DNA of 61,226 nucleotides from an uncultured Zetaproteobacteria bacterium (GCA_947311495.1 CAMZLG010000043.1:1-61226); one strand, 5' to 3'; counted from the stretch's first letter, positions 18,210 through 28,371 are shown. Numbers and translations are program-made. Notes: generated by a model from the letters alone, not told the origin.

Positions 18210-18812
18210 TTATGCCTTAAACATATAGATGGTGAAATCATTGTCCAAGTAGTCATCCCGTAGCCTACATTTAGGGCTTAAACCTTGGCAAAATGCTAAC
18301 ATATCTTCAGGCTCAAAGCTTTGTAAATCATGGGCTTGCACCACCTTTGCATTCAACAGGTTAAATGCTACCCCTTTGCGGCATAACCGGTACATTTCTT
18401 TGATGGATTGTCGCGCATATTTCCCTTTGTCGGCATAGGGCTCATTTAGGGCGCCCGAGAGCAAAACCCAGTCAAACGAAAGCATCTTAAAACCACTTTT
18501 TTTAAGTTCATTGGCAAACAGTGGTGTGTTCGGATGCTGTGCTTTGGCAACAGCAATAAGGTCAGGCGAAATATCAATGCCTGTATATGCCACATCTTTG
18601 CCCTGTTCCGCAAACCATGACTTTAAATCTGCAAAACCACAGCCAACATCCAACACGCTATCGCCCTGCTTAACACCAATCTCTGCCAAAACTTGAAACC
18701 GCAACTCTTGGATATCTCGGCTACTCCAGTACAAGGCATTGGGGTGATAGCCATACCGTTTCAGACTATCCCTATGTCTATCAATAATACGCTTTTTTTG
18801 AGTTTTATTCAT
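18210..18812 (-). CDS. Class I SAM-dependent methyltransferase
   Basis: VLDVGCG, YTGIDIS. Confidence 0.85.
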   Translation of the reverse strand: MNKTQKKRIIDRHRDSLKRYGYHPNALYWSSRDIQELRFQVLAEIGVKQGDSVLDVGCGFADLKSWFAEQGKDVAYTGIDISPDLIAVAKAQHPNTPLFANELKKSGFKMLSFDWVLLSGALNEPYADKGKYARQSIKEMYRLCRKGVAFNLLNAKVVQAHDLQSFEPEDMLAFCQGLSPKCRLRDDYLDNDFTIYMFKA

Positions 18813-19273
18813 GGCTTAATATAAACCATCTCACCAAGCCTGGCATGGGCAAACAAATCAATCACATCATCATTGCACATGCGAATACAGCCATGCGAAA
18901 CAGGCTGCCCAATATTATCTTCTTCATCCGTTCCATGAATATAAATATAACGTTGAAATGTATCTTGTTTGCCGCGCTTATTGATTCCCGTTTGTTGCCC
19001 TTCCAACCACAGAATACGACTTAAAATCCAATCGGATTGGGAACTTCTTATATCCTCTGAAAACAATCCCACGACCTTTCTTCCAACAAATGAAGTCAAT
19101 GGCATTTCTCCATCACCGATTTTATATTTGATATGGTGTCTACCCAAGGGTGTCTGCAAGCTTCCTTGTTGATTACCAACGCCATTTTTTGCGGTAGAAA
19201 CAGGGTAGACACAAACCACACCTGTTTTTCTGCGGTGGTATAACTTTTGCTCGGATACAATCACCTTAATCAC
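18809..19273 (-). CDS. YkuD-family L,D-transpeptidase
   Basis: IYIHGT...SHGCIRM. Confidence 0.88.
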   Translation of the reverse strand: MIKVIVSEQKLYHRRKTGVVCVYPVSTAKNGVGNQQGSLQTPLGRHHIKYKIGDGEMPLTSFVGRKVVGLFSEDIRSSQSDWILSRILWLEGQQTGINKRGKQDTFQRYIYIHGTDEEDNIGQPVSHGCIRMCNDDVIDLFAHARLGEMVYIKP

Positions 19274-19953
19274 GATATACCCAACACTTTGAGGGCTTTG
19301 GCAGCATTCATTTTCTCACGCTTTTCTCTGGAATAAATGTCCAACGTGTTGATGGCTTGCAATAAATCAGCCAACCTGCGTGGTATATATTGCAACAATG
19401 TGGGCAGCACAGTCTCTTTCATATCCCATTGCATGGTTTGCAACACCGACTTCAATACTTTTTCCAAGTCTTCATCCAGCTCTGGCGGCGCTATACTCAC
19501 CTGCTCCATCATCAATAACCGACTGCTTAATTCAGGCGGCATCTCCGATTCAGCGCAGCGCCAACTGATAAGCAAAGCCTTGTTCATATCTTTGGCACGT
19601 TCAATCAAATGGAATACTGCATAACTTGTTGCCGCAGGCAGAGCTCCAGCAGGCAAATCCAACACCCAATACGCATGATGTTCGCAAACATTCAACCATG
19701 TTTTAAGTTGTGCCACCGAAGATAACCCTGCTTGAAACGAAGGTAAAAAAGCAATCTGTGCATAACCATCAAACACAGCATGAATCAAATGACTTTTACC
19801 AGCCACCTCATGCGAAGAAAGCCATAAAGCGCCCCCTTTGACCATCCATAACGCCAAACGTGATTGCGTTTCCTCACAAGCACCGTGCCGCACCCAATTT
19901 CCATAGTGTTTTTGATCAGGGATAGCCAAGGATAAAATTTGTTGTTCGCTCAA
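19270..19953 (-). CDS. Hda-like DnaA-family AAA+ protein, degenerate
   Basis: TTG start giving MSEQQILSL; GKSHL, VFHLIER, PELSSRL; follows a DUF2066-like gene. Confidence 0.65.
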   Translation of the reverse strand: MSEQQILSLAIPDQKHYGNWVRHGACEETQSRLALWMVKGGALWLSSHEVAGKSHLIHAVFDGYAQIAFLPSFQAGLSSVAQLKTWLNVCEHHAYWVLDLPAGALPAATSYAVFHLIERAKDMNKALLISWRCAESEMPPELSSRLLMMEQVSIAPPELDEDLEKVLKSVLQTMQWDMKETVLPTLLQYIPRRLADLLQAINTLDIYSREKREKMNAAKALKVLGIS

Positions 19954-19960
19954 AACAGTC

Positions 19961-20881
19961 CTATTGCACCAACCACTGACTTTCACTGCCATCGGGTTGT
20001 CGCGTGGCTTGCATACCGTATGCTGAAAACCATGACGCTACCCATGAATCATCATCATCTTTCATCACAATACGGTATTGCCGCCGCATCTTTTGCAACA
20101 ACACTGGCGTAACTGACACCACATGCGCTTGACGAACAAGCGCCTCTTCCAAAGCCACCTCGGATGTAAGCGCTAAATCAGCTTCAACGGTAATCATCAT
20201 TTCTTTGGATGTATCTTTAAAATGTAATGTGCCCAAACTGTATGCATCACGAATTTGCAACAAAATATCTTCTAACCAAGCTTGAAGTTGATAACTCAAA
20301 TAAGCCTGTGGTATTTGCTGCGTCTCTGCCAAAATATCAGCAGAAAAAGCACCTTGCACATCCACTGAAATCGTAGATTGCCCATACGCATCCGCACTGG
20401 GTTGGAAGCTTAACTGCAATTTTCGCCCTTTGGGGGTCAGCAAAAAGCCTAGCTTATCTGCCATGGTATAACTAAAATCCATCAGCTCACGCGCTAGACT
20501 TGCATCATCTTGATCAAATCCTTGCACCTGAATACTCAAATCCCACTTCGGTTGTTGGGTGACCATAGCAATCCCAAAACCTGCCAAGTACCGTTGCACT
20601 TGCACAGGATTAAACACCAAATCCACCCAACGCTTATCCGCCTTAAATTGCAAAACCAGTGAGGTGCGACCTTTAAGCCTGCTCGCTTTGTCCAACCCTT
20701 GGGTTGGCACGACCCGCTTCCATAATGTTGGCAGCGCCAAACGCATTGCATCATTCACACTTAACCTCGGATTATATTCGGTTGGGTACACACGAATATG
20801 AAACCGCGCATCCGCATCTTCCGCCCACGCTGACGTTGAAAAACTTATGAATACCATAAAAAGAAACGCTATATATTTCAT
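19961..20881 (-). CDS. Exported hypothetical protein, DUF2066-like
   Basis: Signal peptide; position next to the hda-like gene. Confidence 0.5.
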   Translation of the reverse strand: MKYIAFLFMVFISFSTSAWAEDADARFHIRVYPTEYNPRLSVNDAMRLALPTLWKRVVPTQGLDKASRLKGRTSLVLQFKADKRWVDLVFNPVQVQRYLAGFGIAMVTQQPKWDLSIQVQGFDQDDASLARELMDFSYTMADKLGFLLTPKGRKLQLSFQPSADAYGQSTISVDVQGAFSADILAETQQIPQAYLSYQLQAWLEDILLQIRDAYSLGTLHFKDTSKEMMITVEADLALTSEVALEEALVRQAHVVSVTPVLLQKMRRQYRIVMKDDDDSWVASWFSAYGMQATRQPDGSESQWLVQ

Positions 20882-21381
20882 TTTACCACCCGCAAGTGAC
20901 CACGTTTTTTACCTTTTTTTGCCGATACTGATTGCGTTTTCTTTTTATCTCCATCTTTCTCGGATGATTGAATCAAAGTCATACTTGGCTTTGTTTCTTT
21001 TTCTTCCAAAGCTTCAGGTTTGATGTCATCCACAGCATCCAACACCATTTTGACTGTCTCTGGAATACTATCTTGCCAAATTAAACCCGATTCCATATCC
21101 AAATCAGGCACGTATGCTGCCCAAATTCGATTCATGGGAATCACACAATGGTGTGCGGCACCTGAAAAGGAAAAGTTGGACTCCACAAACCCATCACGAA
21201 TATAAATCGGCTGCGGCATACGTGTATTTAATACTAACCTTAGCGCAGGGTCACCCTGCAAAAAATCAGGCACAATCACATCATCTGTGGTGGCATCCAC
21301 CACGATATAAATACGCCCTTTTTCATCAAAAAATTTGCGTAATTGTTTTGCTTTCAAGGCATCTTCGAATTTAATGCTCAC
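20878..21381 (-). CDS. sspB: ClpXP adaptor, SspB-like
   Basis: IYIVVDAT..V.VP, FSG..H.CVIP, C-terminal HLRVVK ClpX-binding tail. Confidence 0.75.
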   Translation of the reverse strand: MSIKFEDALKAKQLRKFFDEKGRIYIVVDATTDDVIVPDFLQGDPALRLVLNTRMPQPIYIRDGFVESNFSFSGAAHHCVIPMNRIWAAYVPDLDMESGLIWQDSIPETVKMVLDAVDDIKPEALEEKETKPSMTLIQSSEKDGDKKKTQSVSAKKGKKRGHLRVVK

Positions 21382-21384
21382 GCT

Positions 21385-21714
21385 TTAATTGTCCTGCGCA
21401 TGAAATACCCATGCATCCACAGGTTTATCCTGCTTGAAGTGTGACTCAATAATGCTATCCACCTTGGCTTCATCCAAGTCCGCATACCACACACCTTCAG
21501 GGTGAACCACCATGATTGGCCCTTGTTTACACACGCCCAAGCAACCTGCCCGATTCACCCGCACCGCAAGCTCGCCTTCTGCTAAACCTGCTTTCGCCAC
21601 AGCTTCTTTCATATACTTTAAAAGCGGTATATTTTCACCACACGACTTACCAACGCACATGATAACATGGCGTTTATAGGGTGAAATACTAAGCTCTTTT
21701 AATGCTTCTGACAT
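21385..21714 (-). CDS. Thioredoxin-like [2Fe-2S] ferredoxin
   Basis: CVGKSC ... GCLGVCKQGP..VVHPEGVWY. Confidence 0.9.
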   Translation of the reverse strand: MSEALKELSISPYKRHVIMCVGKSCGENIPLLKYMKEAVAKAGLAEGELAVRVNRAGCLGVCKQGPIMVVHPEGVWYADLDEAKVDSIIESHFKQDKPVDAWVFHAQDN

Positions 21715-21836
21715 GGTTCTACCATCCTGTAATTTGGTCTATGTTGCGTAGCGTAACCATTTATGCGGCGGCTGTCATAAAATATGTGTAAAAATTTGAC
21801 TTGGTCAAACGTGATGTTTGTGGTGGACTTCGTCGT

Positions 21837-23042
21837 ATGCAAATTCCATCTCACATCGAAGAAATTATCCGCGAGCAAAGCCAAAGTGGTCAAACTTTGA
21901 ATGCGTATATTTACGACACTGCTCGCCTTCGCAAGCGCGTTCACTGTTTAAAGAATATGATGCCGCAAGGCGTGGAAGTCTTTTATGCCATGAAAGCCAA
22001 TCCCCACCCTGCTTTCCTTAAGGCAGCATTAAACGCGGGAGTAGCTGGCATTGAAATCGCTAGCCTTGGCGAAGCACATAAAGCAGTTGACGCAGGTTTT
22101 TCACCCGCACAACTGATTTACACAGGACCAGGTAAAAGCTTGGAAGAGCTTACATGGTGTGTGAATAACAACATCCGCACCATTCATATTGAATCGTTGG
22201 CTGAAGCCCATCGTATTCAAACATTATGTGAGCAGGCGGGCAAAACCCAAGATATTTTACTGCGCATCAACGCCAACTTTGATATTCATGATGCGCAAAC
22301 CACATTCTCAGGTGGCTCGAAAAAATTCGGCATTGATGAAGAACAACTGGATGTTGCCCTACCACAGATTCTTGCTTTGGATAAACTCAACTTTAGAGGG
22401 TTGCATGTGTATGCTGCCAGCGGTGTACTCAAAGTAGATGATTTATTGCACAATTGCGAGCTTGTCTTTGAACTCACGAAGCGAATTGAATCCCAATATT
22501 CAGGCATCACATGCGACATCATTGATTTCGGTGGTGGTTTTGGTGTGGATTATGAAGAAACAGGGCATGACTTTGACCCCCAAGCCTATGCCGATGGTTT
22601 AGCAGCCATGATTACAACATACCACTTTGAAGGCAGACATTTTGTCTTGGAGTTAGGGCGCTGGATGGCAGCAGAATGCGGTTGGTTTTGCACAGAAATT
22701 ATCGACATCAAAACAAGCCGTGGTAAAAAACAAGTTATCTGTGCTGGCGGCATCAACCATTTTCGCCGCCCCGCTGCTTTATCCATCAATCATCCCATGG
22801 CTATTATAAACTTGGGGCGTGATAAACTCTTTGAAACCCAAGAGTCCATTCATCAAGAAAAAGTTTATTTTGGCGGGCCGCTTTGCACGAGCGCAGATAA
22901 ACTTGCCAATGATGTGTTCATTGAAGAAGCGCATATTGGTGATATTGCTGTGTTTGGTTTGGCAGGTGCGTATGGTTTAACCATGTCCAACAATGACTTC
23001 CTCAGCCATGCCAGACCCGAAGAAATTGTAGTGGGTGCTTAA
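21837..23042 (+). CDS. Fold-type III PLP-dependent decarboxylase (BtrK/PvsE-like, not canonical LysA)
   Basis: YAMKANP, GPGK, KFG, DFGGGFG, ELGR, GGINHFRRPAA, GPLCT, AGAYG. Confidence 0.85.
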   Translation: MQIPSHIEEIIREQSQSGQTLNAYIYDTARLRKRVHCLKNMMPQGVEVFYAMKANPHPAFLKAALNAGVAGIEIASLGEAHKAVDAGFSPAQLIYTGPGKSLEELTWCVNNNIRTIHIESLAEAHRIQTLCEQAGKTQDILLRINANFDIHDAQTTFSGGSKKFGIDEEQLDVALPQILALDKLNFRGLHVYAASGVLKVDDLLHNCELVFELTKRIESQYSGITCDIIDFGGGFGVDYEETGHDFDPQAYADGLAAMITTYHFEGRHFVLELGRWMAAECGWFCTEIIDIKTSRGKKQVICAGGINHFRRPAALSINHPMAIINLGRDKLFETQESIHQEKVYFGGPLCTSADKLANDVFIEEAHIGDIAVFGLAGAYGLTMSNNDFLSHARPEEIVVGA

Positions 23043-23044
23043 GC

Positions 23045-23647
23045 ATGAGCTCACCCATACTTACCCTTGATATTCTCAGACACGGTGAGACTGAAATGGA
23101 TGCGGGAAAGTTATATGGGGCAACAGATGTTCCCTTAAGTGATGTAGGGAAAGAACAACTACTACAAGCCGTAAAAACCATACATCAAGAACCCATATCC
23201 CAAGTGGTTAGCTCACCACTTCAGCGTTGCGCATGGCTTGCCGAGAAACTTAAAGACGAAGTGCCTGTGAGCTACAATCGCGGTTTTGCTGAAATGAATT
23301 TTGGCGACTGGGAAGGGCAAGACATCAAAACACTGCTTCATGAACAACCCAACTTTCAAGCGGATGTGAGCCAGCTTGAAGCACCCAACGGTGAAACTTT
23401 TATTGATTTTCATGGTCGGGTGAAACAGACATGGGATGATTATACTGCTGAACATATCAAACAAGGTGGTCATCATTTGTTGATTGCCCATGGTGGTGTG
23501 ATTCGCGTATTACTTGGTTTGGCATTGCATGTGCCTACCCAACATTTGAGCAGTTTATTTGTGCCGCATGCTGCATGGTCGCGCATCACCATCGTGCAAG
23601 ATAGACCTCCCATGTTGTGGTTCATGAACCACCAAGCCAAGCCATGA
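23045..23647 (+). CDS. cobC: Histidine phosphatase, probable alpha-ribazole phosphatase
   Basis: RHGET, SSPLQRC, EMNFGDWEG, HGGVIR; adjacent to cobS. Confidence 0.8.
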   Translation: MSSPILTLDILRHGETEMDAGKLYGATDVPLSDVGKEQLLQAVKTIHQEPISQVVSSPLQRCAWLAEKLKDEVPVSYNRGFAEMNFGDWEGQDIKTLLHEQPNFQADVSQLEAPNGETFIDFHGRVKQTWDDYTAEHIKQGGHHLLIAHGGVIRVLLGLALHVPTQHLSSLFVPHAAWSRITIVQDRPPMLWFMNHQAKP

Positions 23648-24381
23648 ACAGCGAAACATCTGCAAAACGCAACAGACTTTGGGGCAATTATTTTGCCACC
23701 CTCAAGTTTTTAACCATTTTTCCAACACCCAAAGTCAACGCACGCATCTCACCCAAGCTTTCCATGTTTCCCTTGGTTGGTTTAACGCTTGGTTTCAAGC
23801 TTTGGGTTGTAGCATGGTTATTTTCTGGGCTTTCTCCGCTGGTCACCGCCTTTATATTGCTTTGTATTTGGTTGATGGTAACAGGTTTCCTCCACTTGGA
23901 CGGGCTCGCCGATTTAGCCGATGGTTTGGGCGCAGCACACCAAAACCCCGAACGCCTTCTCAGCGTCATGCATGCGCCAAACATTGGTGCATTTGGCGTT
24001 GTTGCCTTAATCATTATTATTCTTGGCAAATGGGTGCTGATAAGCAGCTTATTACACGCTGAAACTTGGGCTGCTTTGTTACTGATTCCTGCATGGGCGC
24101 GTTTGGGTGCTGCGTGGTGGGCATCCAGCCTTAACCCCTTAACCGATGGGCTTGCCATGTGGGTCAGACAAGCCGAATCCATCAATCTAACGCCTTGGTT
24201 TATCCTGCTTTTATTGTTGTCACTGATGTTATCACCCATGCTTTTGCTTGCCCCATTCATCCTTTGGGCTTGGAAAAACTTTTTATCCGCCAAACTCGGC
24301 GGTATGAATGGTGATTGCTTGGGTGCAGGCATTGAAATCAGTGAAGTTGTTTTACTCTTGCTCGTCAGTGTTACGCTATGA
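23644..24381 (+). CDS. cobS: Adenosylcobinamide-GDP ribazoletransferase (cobalamin synthase)
   Basis: TGFLHLDGLADLADG, GAFG, GGMNGDCLGA. Confidence 0.93.
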   Translation: MNSETSAKRNRLWGNYFATLKFLTIFPTPKVNARISPKLSMFPLVGLTLGFKLWVVAWLFSGLSPLVTAFILLCIWLMVTGFLHLDGLADLADGLGAAHQNPERLLSVMHAPNIGAFGVVALIIIILGKWVLISSLLHAETWAALLLIPAWARLGAAWWASSLNPLTDGLAMWVRQAESINLTPWFILLLLLSLMLSPMLLLAPFILWAWKNFLSAKLGGMNGDCLGAGIEISEVVLLLLVSVTL

Positions 24382-25145
24382 ATCATCTAGGCGGTAAACA
24401 TATCCTGCTCACGCGCACGGCAAAACAAAACAAAACCACTGCCGAGCTTGTGCAAAGCTTGGGGGCTATCCCCGAACTTTTGCCTTGTACCAGTATTGAA
24501 GTGTTGGAAGACAATATTCAACGGGATTGGTTAGCTATGCAAACCAACTTACCGAGCGGCAGTGATGTGATTTTCAGCAGTCGAAATGGTGTGGAGGCTG
24601 TCGCTCATTATGTTACGGACTTTGAGGATGTGTTATCAAACTACCGTACCATTGCTGTAGGGAAAAAGACAGCTGCAAGCTTAGAATCCTTTGGCGTAAA
24701 ACCCGCATGGTCACCCCATCAAGCTTCGCAAAAAGGTTTGATTAAAGCTTATGAAGCGCGTGGCTTGCCTGAACATGTTTTATTCTTTCGTGCTGAAACA
24801 GGTAATGATTGTTTACTCAACTTCTTGGACAAACATGGGGTGCGCCACCAACTTTCTTTGGTATATCGCAGTGTTTGCAGCACTGATGATGCCAGTGAAA
24901 CCATACTTAACATCAAAAATAATACCATTGATGCCGTACTTCTGGGCAGCGCGCGCACGGCTGAATTTTATGTTGCCAAAATAGGCGACTTATCGCTTGC
25001 TAACCGCCCAGTTGTTGTTGTCATGAGCCCGCAAGTGCGAAAAGCCACTGACAAATTGGGATTAAATGTGCAGATTATCGCTCATAAACCCAGTTTTAGA
25101 GCTATGCTTGAAGGTTTAAACCGCTATTTTGAGCACCATAAATAA
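24378..25145 (+). CDS. hemD: Uroporphyrinogen-III synthase
   Basis: ILLTR, FSSRNGV, AVGKKTA. Confidence 0.85.
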   Translation: MNHLGGKHILLTRTAKQNKTTAELVQSLGAIPELLPCTSIEVLEDNIQRDWLAMQTNLPSGSDVIFSSRNGVEAVAHYVTDFEDVLSNYRTIAVGKKTAASLESFGVKPAWSPHQASQKGLIKAYEARGLPEHVLFFRAETGNDCLLNFLDKHGVRHQLSLVYRSVCSTDDASETILNIKNNTIDAVLLGSARTAEFYVAKIGDLSLANRPVVVVMSPQVRKATDKLGLNVQIIAHKPSFRAMLEGLNRYFEHHK

Positions 25146-25158
25146 AAAGGATGAAACC

Positions 25159-26136
25159 ATGCCATTTGACTTAACCCATAGACCTCGTCGCCTACGCAAA
25201 TCAGCCAATTTACGCCGTATGGTGAGTGAAACTACGCTGTCTGTGAACGATTTGATTTATCCGCTTTTTGTGGATGAAGGCATTGATACGGCTGTTGAAG
25301 TTAAAAGTATGCCTGGTGTAAATCGCATTCCTTTGTCTGATGTGGCAAACATGGTCAAAACTGTGGAAGATGCTGGCATTCCTGCGGTCATCTTTTTTGG
25401 TATCCCCACTGAAAAAGATGCGATTGGCTCAGGCGGTTGGGATGATGAAGGCATTGTGCAACAAGCCATTCGCGTAGCCAAACAAGCTTGCCCAGACATG
25501 GTGGTGATTGCCGATACATGTTTTTGTGAATACACCGACCACGGTCATTGCGGCGTGTTACATGGCGAAGAAGTGGATAACGATGAAACGCTAACCAATC
25601 TACAAAAAGAAGCTGTATCTTATGCCAAAGCTGGTGTGGATATTGTTGCCCCATCAGGCATGATGGATGGTATGATTCAAGCGATTCGCCAAGGTTTAGA
25701 CAAGGCAGGATTTCAAGACACACCCATTATGTCGTATGCTGTTAAATATGCGTCAGGTTATTTTGGTCCATTCCGTGATGCTGCAGATAGTACACCAATA
25801 TTTGGTGATAGAGCACAATATCAAATGGACCCTGCCAACCGCCGCGAAGCCATCAAAGAAGCCTTGCTTGATGTGGATGAAGGCGCGGATATGCTCATGG
25901 TGAAACCTGCACTGGCATACATGGATATTATCCGCGAAGTCAAAGATGCCACGCAACTGCCTATGGCTGTTTATAATGTGTCAGGCGAATACGCCATGGT
26001 CAAAGCTGCGGCTGCCAATGGTTGGATTGATGAAAAACGTGTAGTGTTGGAAACCATGTTAAGCTTCAAACGCGCTGGTGCAGATATGATTATCACTTAC
26101 CATGCGCTTGATATTGCAGTATGGTTAAATGAGTAA
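25159..26136 (+). CDS. hemB: Porphobilinogen synthase
   Basis: [31 protein letters not shown]. Confidence 0.96.
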   Translation: MPFDLTHRPRRLRKSANLRRMVSETTLSVNDLIYPLFVDEGIDTAVEVKSMPGVNRIPLSDVANMVKTVEDAGIPAVIFFGIPTEKDAIGSGGWDDEGIVQQAIRVAKQACPDMVVIADTCFCEYTDHGHCGVLHGEEVDNDETLTNLQKEAVSYAKAGVDIVAPSGMMDGMIQAIRQGLDKAGFQDTPIMSYAVKYASGYFGPFRDAADSTPIFGDRAQYQMDPANRREAIKEALLDVDEGADMLMVKPALAYMDIIREVKDATQLPMAVYNVSGEYAMVKAAAANGWIDEKRVVLETMLSFKRAGADMIITYHALDIAVWLNE

Positions 26137-26139
26137 ATC

Positions 26140-27234
26140 ATGAACGATAAAGACCAACCCATATTGGATGCAGAAAAGCTTGAGCAAACCTCTGCTGAAT
26201 CAGAACCAAGTGCGGATGTTGAAACACAGCCTAAACCCAAGAAAAAAAGCAAACTCAAGTTTCACTTCTTTGTAACGCTTATCCTTGGGATTGGTACATG
26301 GGCGTTTATCACCTATTCACCCATTGCCCAACAATGGAAAGCCGATTGGTATGATTTCACCCATCAATCAAGAGGTGAAGAAACACCTACTCCGATGACA
26401 CCAACCTACACTGAACCCGAACCTGTTTATCAAGAGCCCGCGCCAACAGTTGCGGATGACACACCCATTTTTGAAGCCACACCCGAGCTAGAAAAAGTTG
26501 ACCCACCCGCTAAAATAGACGCAAAATCTTTAGCTGATTTAACTGAAATGATAGCAGCATTGCAACAACAATTGGTCAACATGCAAGAAACCATGAATCA
26601 AATGTATGCCCAACAAATGCAGCAAGGCAAGCAGCAGGTAAGCGCTCAACTCTCTACCCTTTTACACAAGGCATCTTCACCCAATAGCAGCATTGAAGAT
26701 GCAGCAATAGCATGGAAAAGTATCAGCTTGCTCCCCATGTTAGACGAAGACCGCCGTATGCAGGCCGAACAAGCATGGCAAGACCTGCAAGGTTTAAACA
26801 CCGATGTGCAAGCCATGGCGGACGACATTATCACCAACCTACGCGCCTTAGCAGATAAGCTGCATCCAGACGCATTGGCAGACATTGCTGAAAGTGTTGA
26901 TAATTTGGTGGATGAATACGCCAATACCGACACATTCAATACATGGTTAGATTGGCTTAAAGACCAATTTAAAATTTCTAAAGTGGATAATCATGCGCTA
27001 ACCATTAGCCAAGATCCCTACGTTGACCTCAAAGCTTTGATGCTTGAGCTAAACCAATTCAATCGCAGCCTTCGCTTGGGGCAATGGCAACAATTACCAG
27101 ATTTGAATAACATCAATCACCAGCTTGAACAGTATGGTTTAAATCCAACCCTTTCACCTGAAATGGTAGAGCAATTGAAACAAACCCAAGATACTTGGCA
27201 ACAGCAAGCCCAAGCTTGGATGGAGCAATTATGA
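26140..27234 (+). CDS. Membrane-anchored coiled-coil protein, HemX/Mic60-like
   Basis: One N-terminal TM, Pro/Thr linker, Gln-rich coiled coil; lies between hem genes and a HemY-like gene. Confidence 0.55.
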   Translation: MNDKDQPILDAEKLEQTSAESEPSADVETQPKPKKKSKLKFHFFVTLILGIGTWAFITYSPIAQQWKADWYDFTHQSRGEETPTPMTPTYTEPEPVYQEPAPTVADDTPIFEATPELEKVDPPAKIDAKSLADLTEMIAALQQQLVNMQETMNQMYAQQMQQGKQQVSAQLSTLLHKASSPNSSIEDAAIAWKSISLLPMLDEDRRMQAEQAWQDLQGLNTDVQAMADDIITNLRALADKLHPDALADIAESVDNLVDEYANTDTFNTWLDWLKDQFKISKVDNHALTISQDPYVDLKALMLELNQFNRSLRLGQWQQLPDLNNINHQLEQYGLNPTLSPEMVEQLKQTQDTWQQQAQAWMEQL

Positions 27235-28367
27235 TTCGCATGGTTCTCGCCCTTCTCTTGGTAGTTGGTATTTTTGTTGGTTTGGTTTTATTCCCTGATA
27301 TTGCGAGCCAGCCTGTGCGCATTGAAATTCTGGGCTGGTTATTTGAAACCCGCACAGGCATGTTTATCTTGCTTGTGCTTGTTGTGCTTGCTCTGCTTTG
27401 GTCGCTGCAAAAAGCCTTTGATTTAAGCGTCAACAGCCCCAAACAAATGTGGTCCCGTTTGCGCAGTGGTAGCACAAAACGCCGTGAAAGCCGCTTGCAA
27501 GAAGCATTGGCAACATGGATTGATGAGGGCGCAGGAAGTAGCCAAAAGTTATTAAAACGCAGTAAAGGTATTATCCCTGAATGGCTGCATCATTCCCTAA
27601 GCTTGGCATGGGATAAACCCACAAACCATCCCAACATTGATGATGAAAAAGACAGTCCGCTGATTATTGCGCTGAAGGCACGTCTAGCCACAGACGGGCA
27701 TCATGGTGGCAAGCTTAGTTTAAGCGCACGGCAAAGTTATTTGGATGCTTGGCTTGCTGTTCATCCTGGCGCACCACTTGCCCTACAACGCAAAGCGAAA
27801 CTACTTGGTGATATGGGTGAATATGCGGAACAAGTTCACTTGCTTGAAGAACTGATGCAGAAAAACAAAAATATCGACAGCTTAAAACCTGTGCTTGCCC
27901 AAGCTTTGGCTAAGCTTGCTGAGAAAGATGAAGCGAATAAACTTGTGCATTTGCGCAAAGCCAACCGCCTTGTGCCGAATGATGCAGCCGTGTTGAAACA
28001 ACTCGCCACTGCTCTTGCTGATAGCGGTGACAGCAAAAGTGCCGAGCGTTTATTGCTTGATTATATCCAACAACATGATGATATGACGATGGCAAAAGCT
28101 GCACTCAAGCTGCTTTCCTTTGATGCTCTACAAAATTTCAAACGCGTGGATAAATCTGCATTTCAGAATACCGATGCCGGGCGTTGGCTGCGTATGATGC
28201 TGGCTTATGAAGCGGATTTAACAGGCATTGCTGATGATGCAATGAATGCCATGTTATCGCAAAATCCAAGCCCGCTTTTGTGGCAAACCAAAGGCGATTG
28301 GTTAGCCAGACAACATGCATGGGAAGAAGCAACAGAAGCTTACCAAAAAGCCTTGAAAACCGAGTAA
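27231..28367 (+). CDS. HemY-like membrane TPR protein
   Basis: Two N-terminal TMs flanking VRIEILGW; helical repeats ending EEATEAYQKAL. Confidence 0.65.
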   Translation: MIRMVLALLLVVGIFVGLVLFPDIASQPVRIEILGWLFETRTGMFILLVLVVLALLWSLQKAFDLSVNSPKQMWSRLRSGSTKRRESRLQEALATWIDEGAGSSQKLLKRSKGIIPEWLHHSLSLAWDKPTNHPNIDDEKDSPLIIALKARLATDGHHGGKLSLSARQSYLDAWLAVHPGAPLALQRKAKLLGDMGEYAEQVHLLEELMQKNKNIDSLKPVLAQALAKLAEKDEANKLVHLRKANRLVPNDAAVLKQLATALADSGDSKSAERLLLDYIQQHDDMTMAKAALKLLSFDALQNFKRVDKSAFQNTDAGRWLRMMLAYEADLTGIADDAMNAMLSQNPSPLLWQTKGDWLARQHAWEEATEAYQKALKTE

Positions 28368-28371
28368 ATCC

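Noticed and set aside
21837-23042. Annotation as lysA or as part of a siderophore cluster
   Set aside because: LysA signature motifs are absent and no NIS synthetase or transporter is nearby.
23688-24386. 232-aa antisense ORF
   Set aside because: Shadow of cobS with no recognisable motifs.
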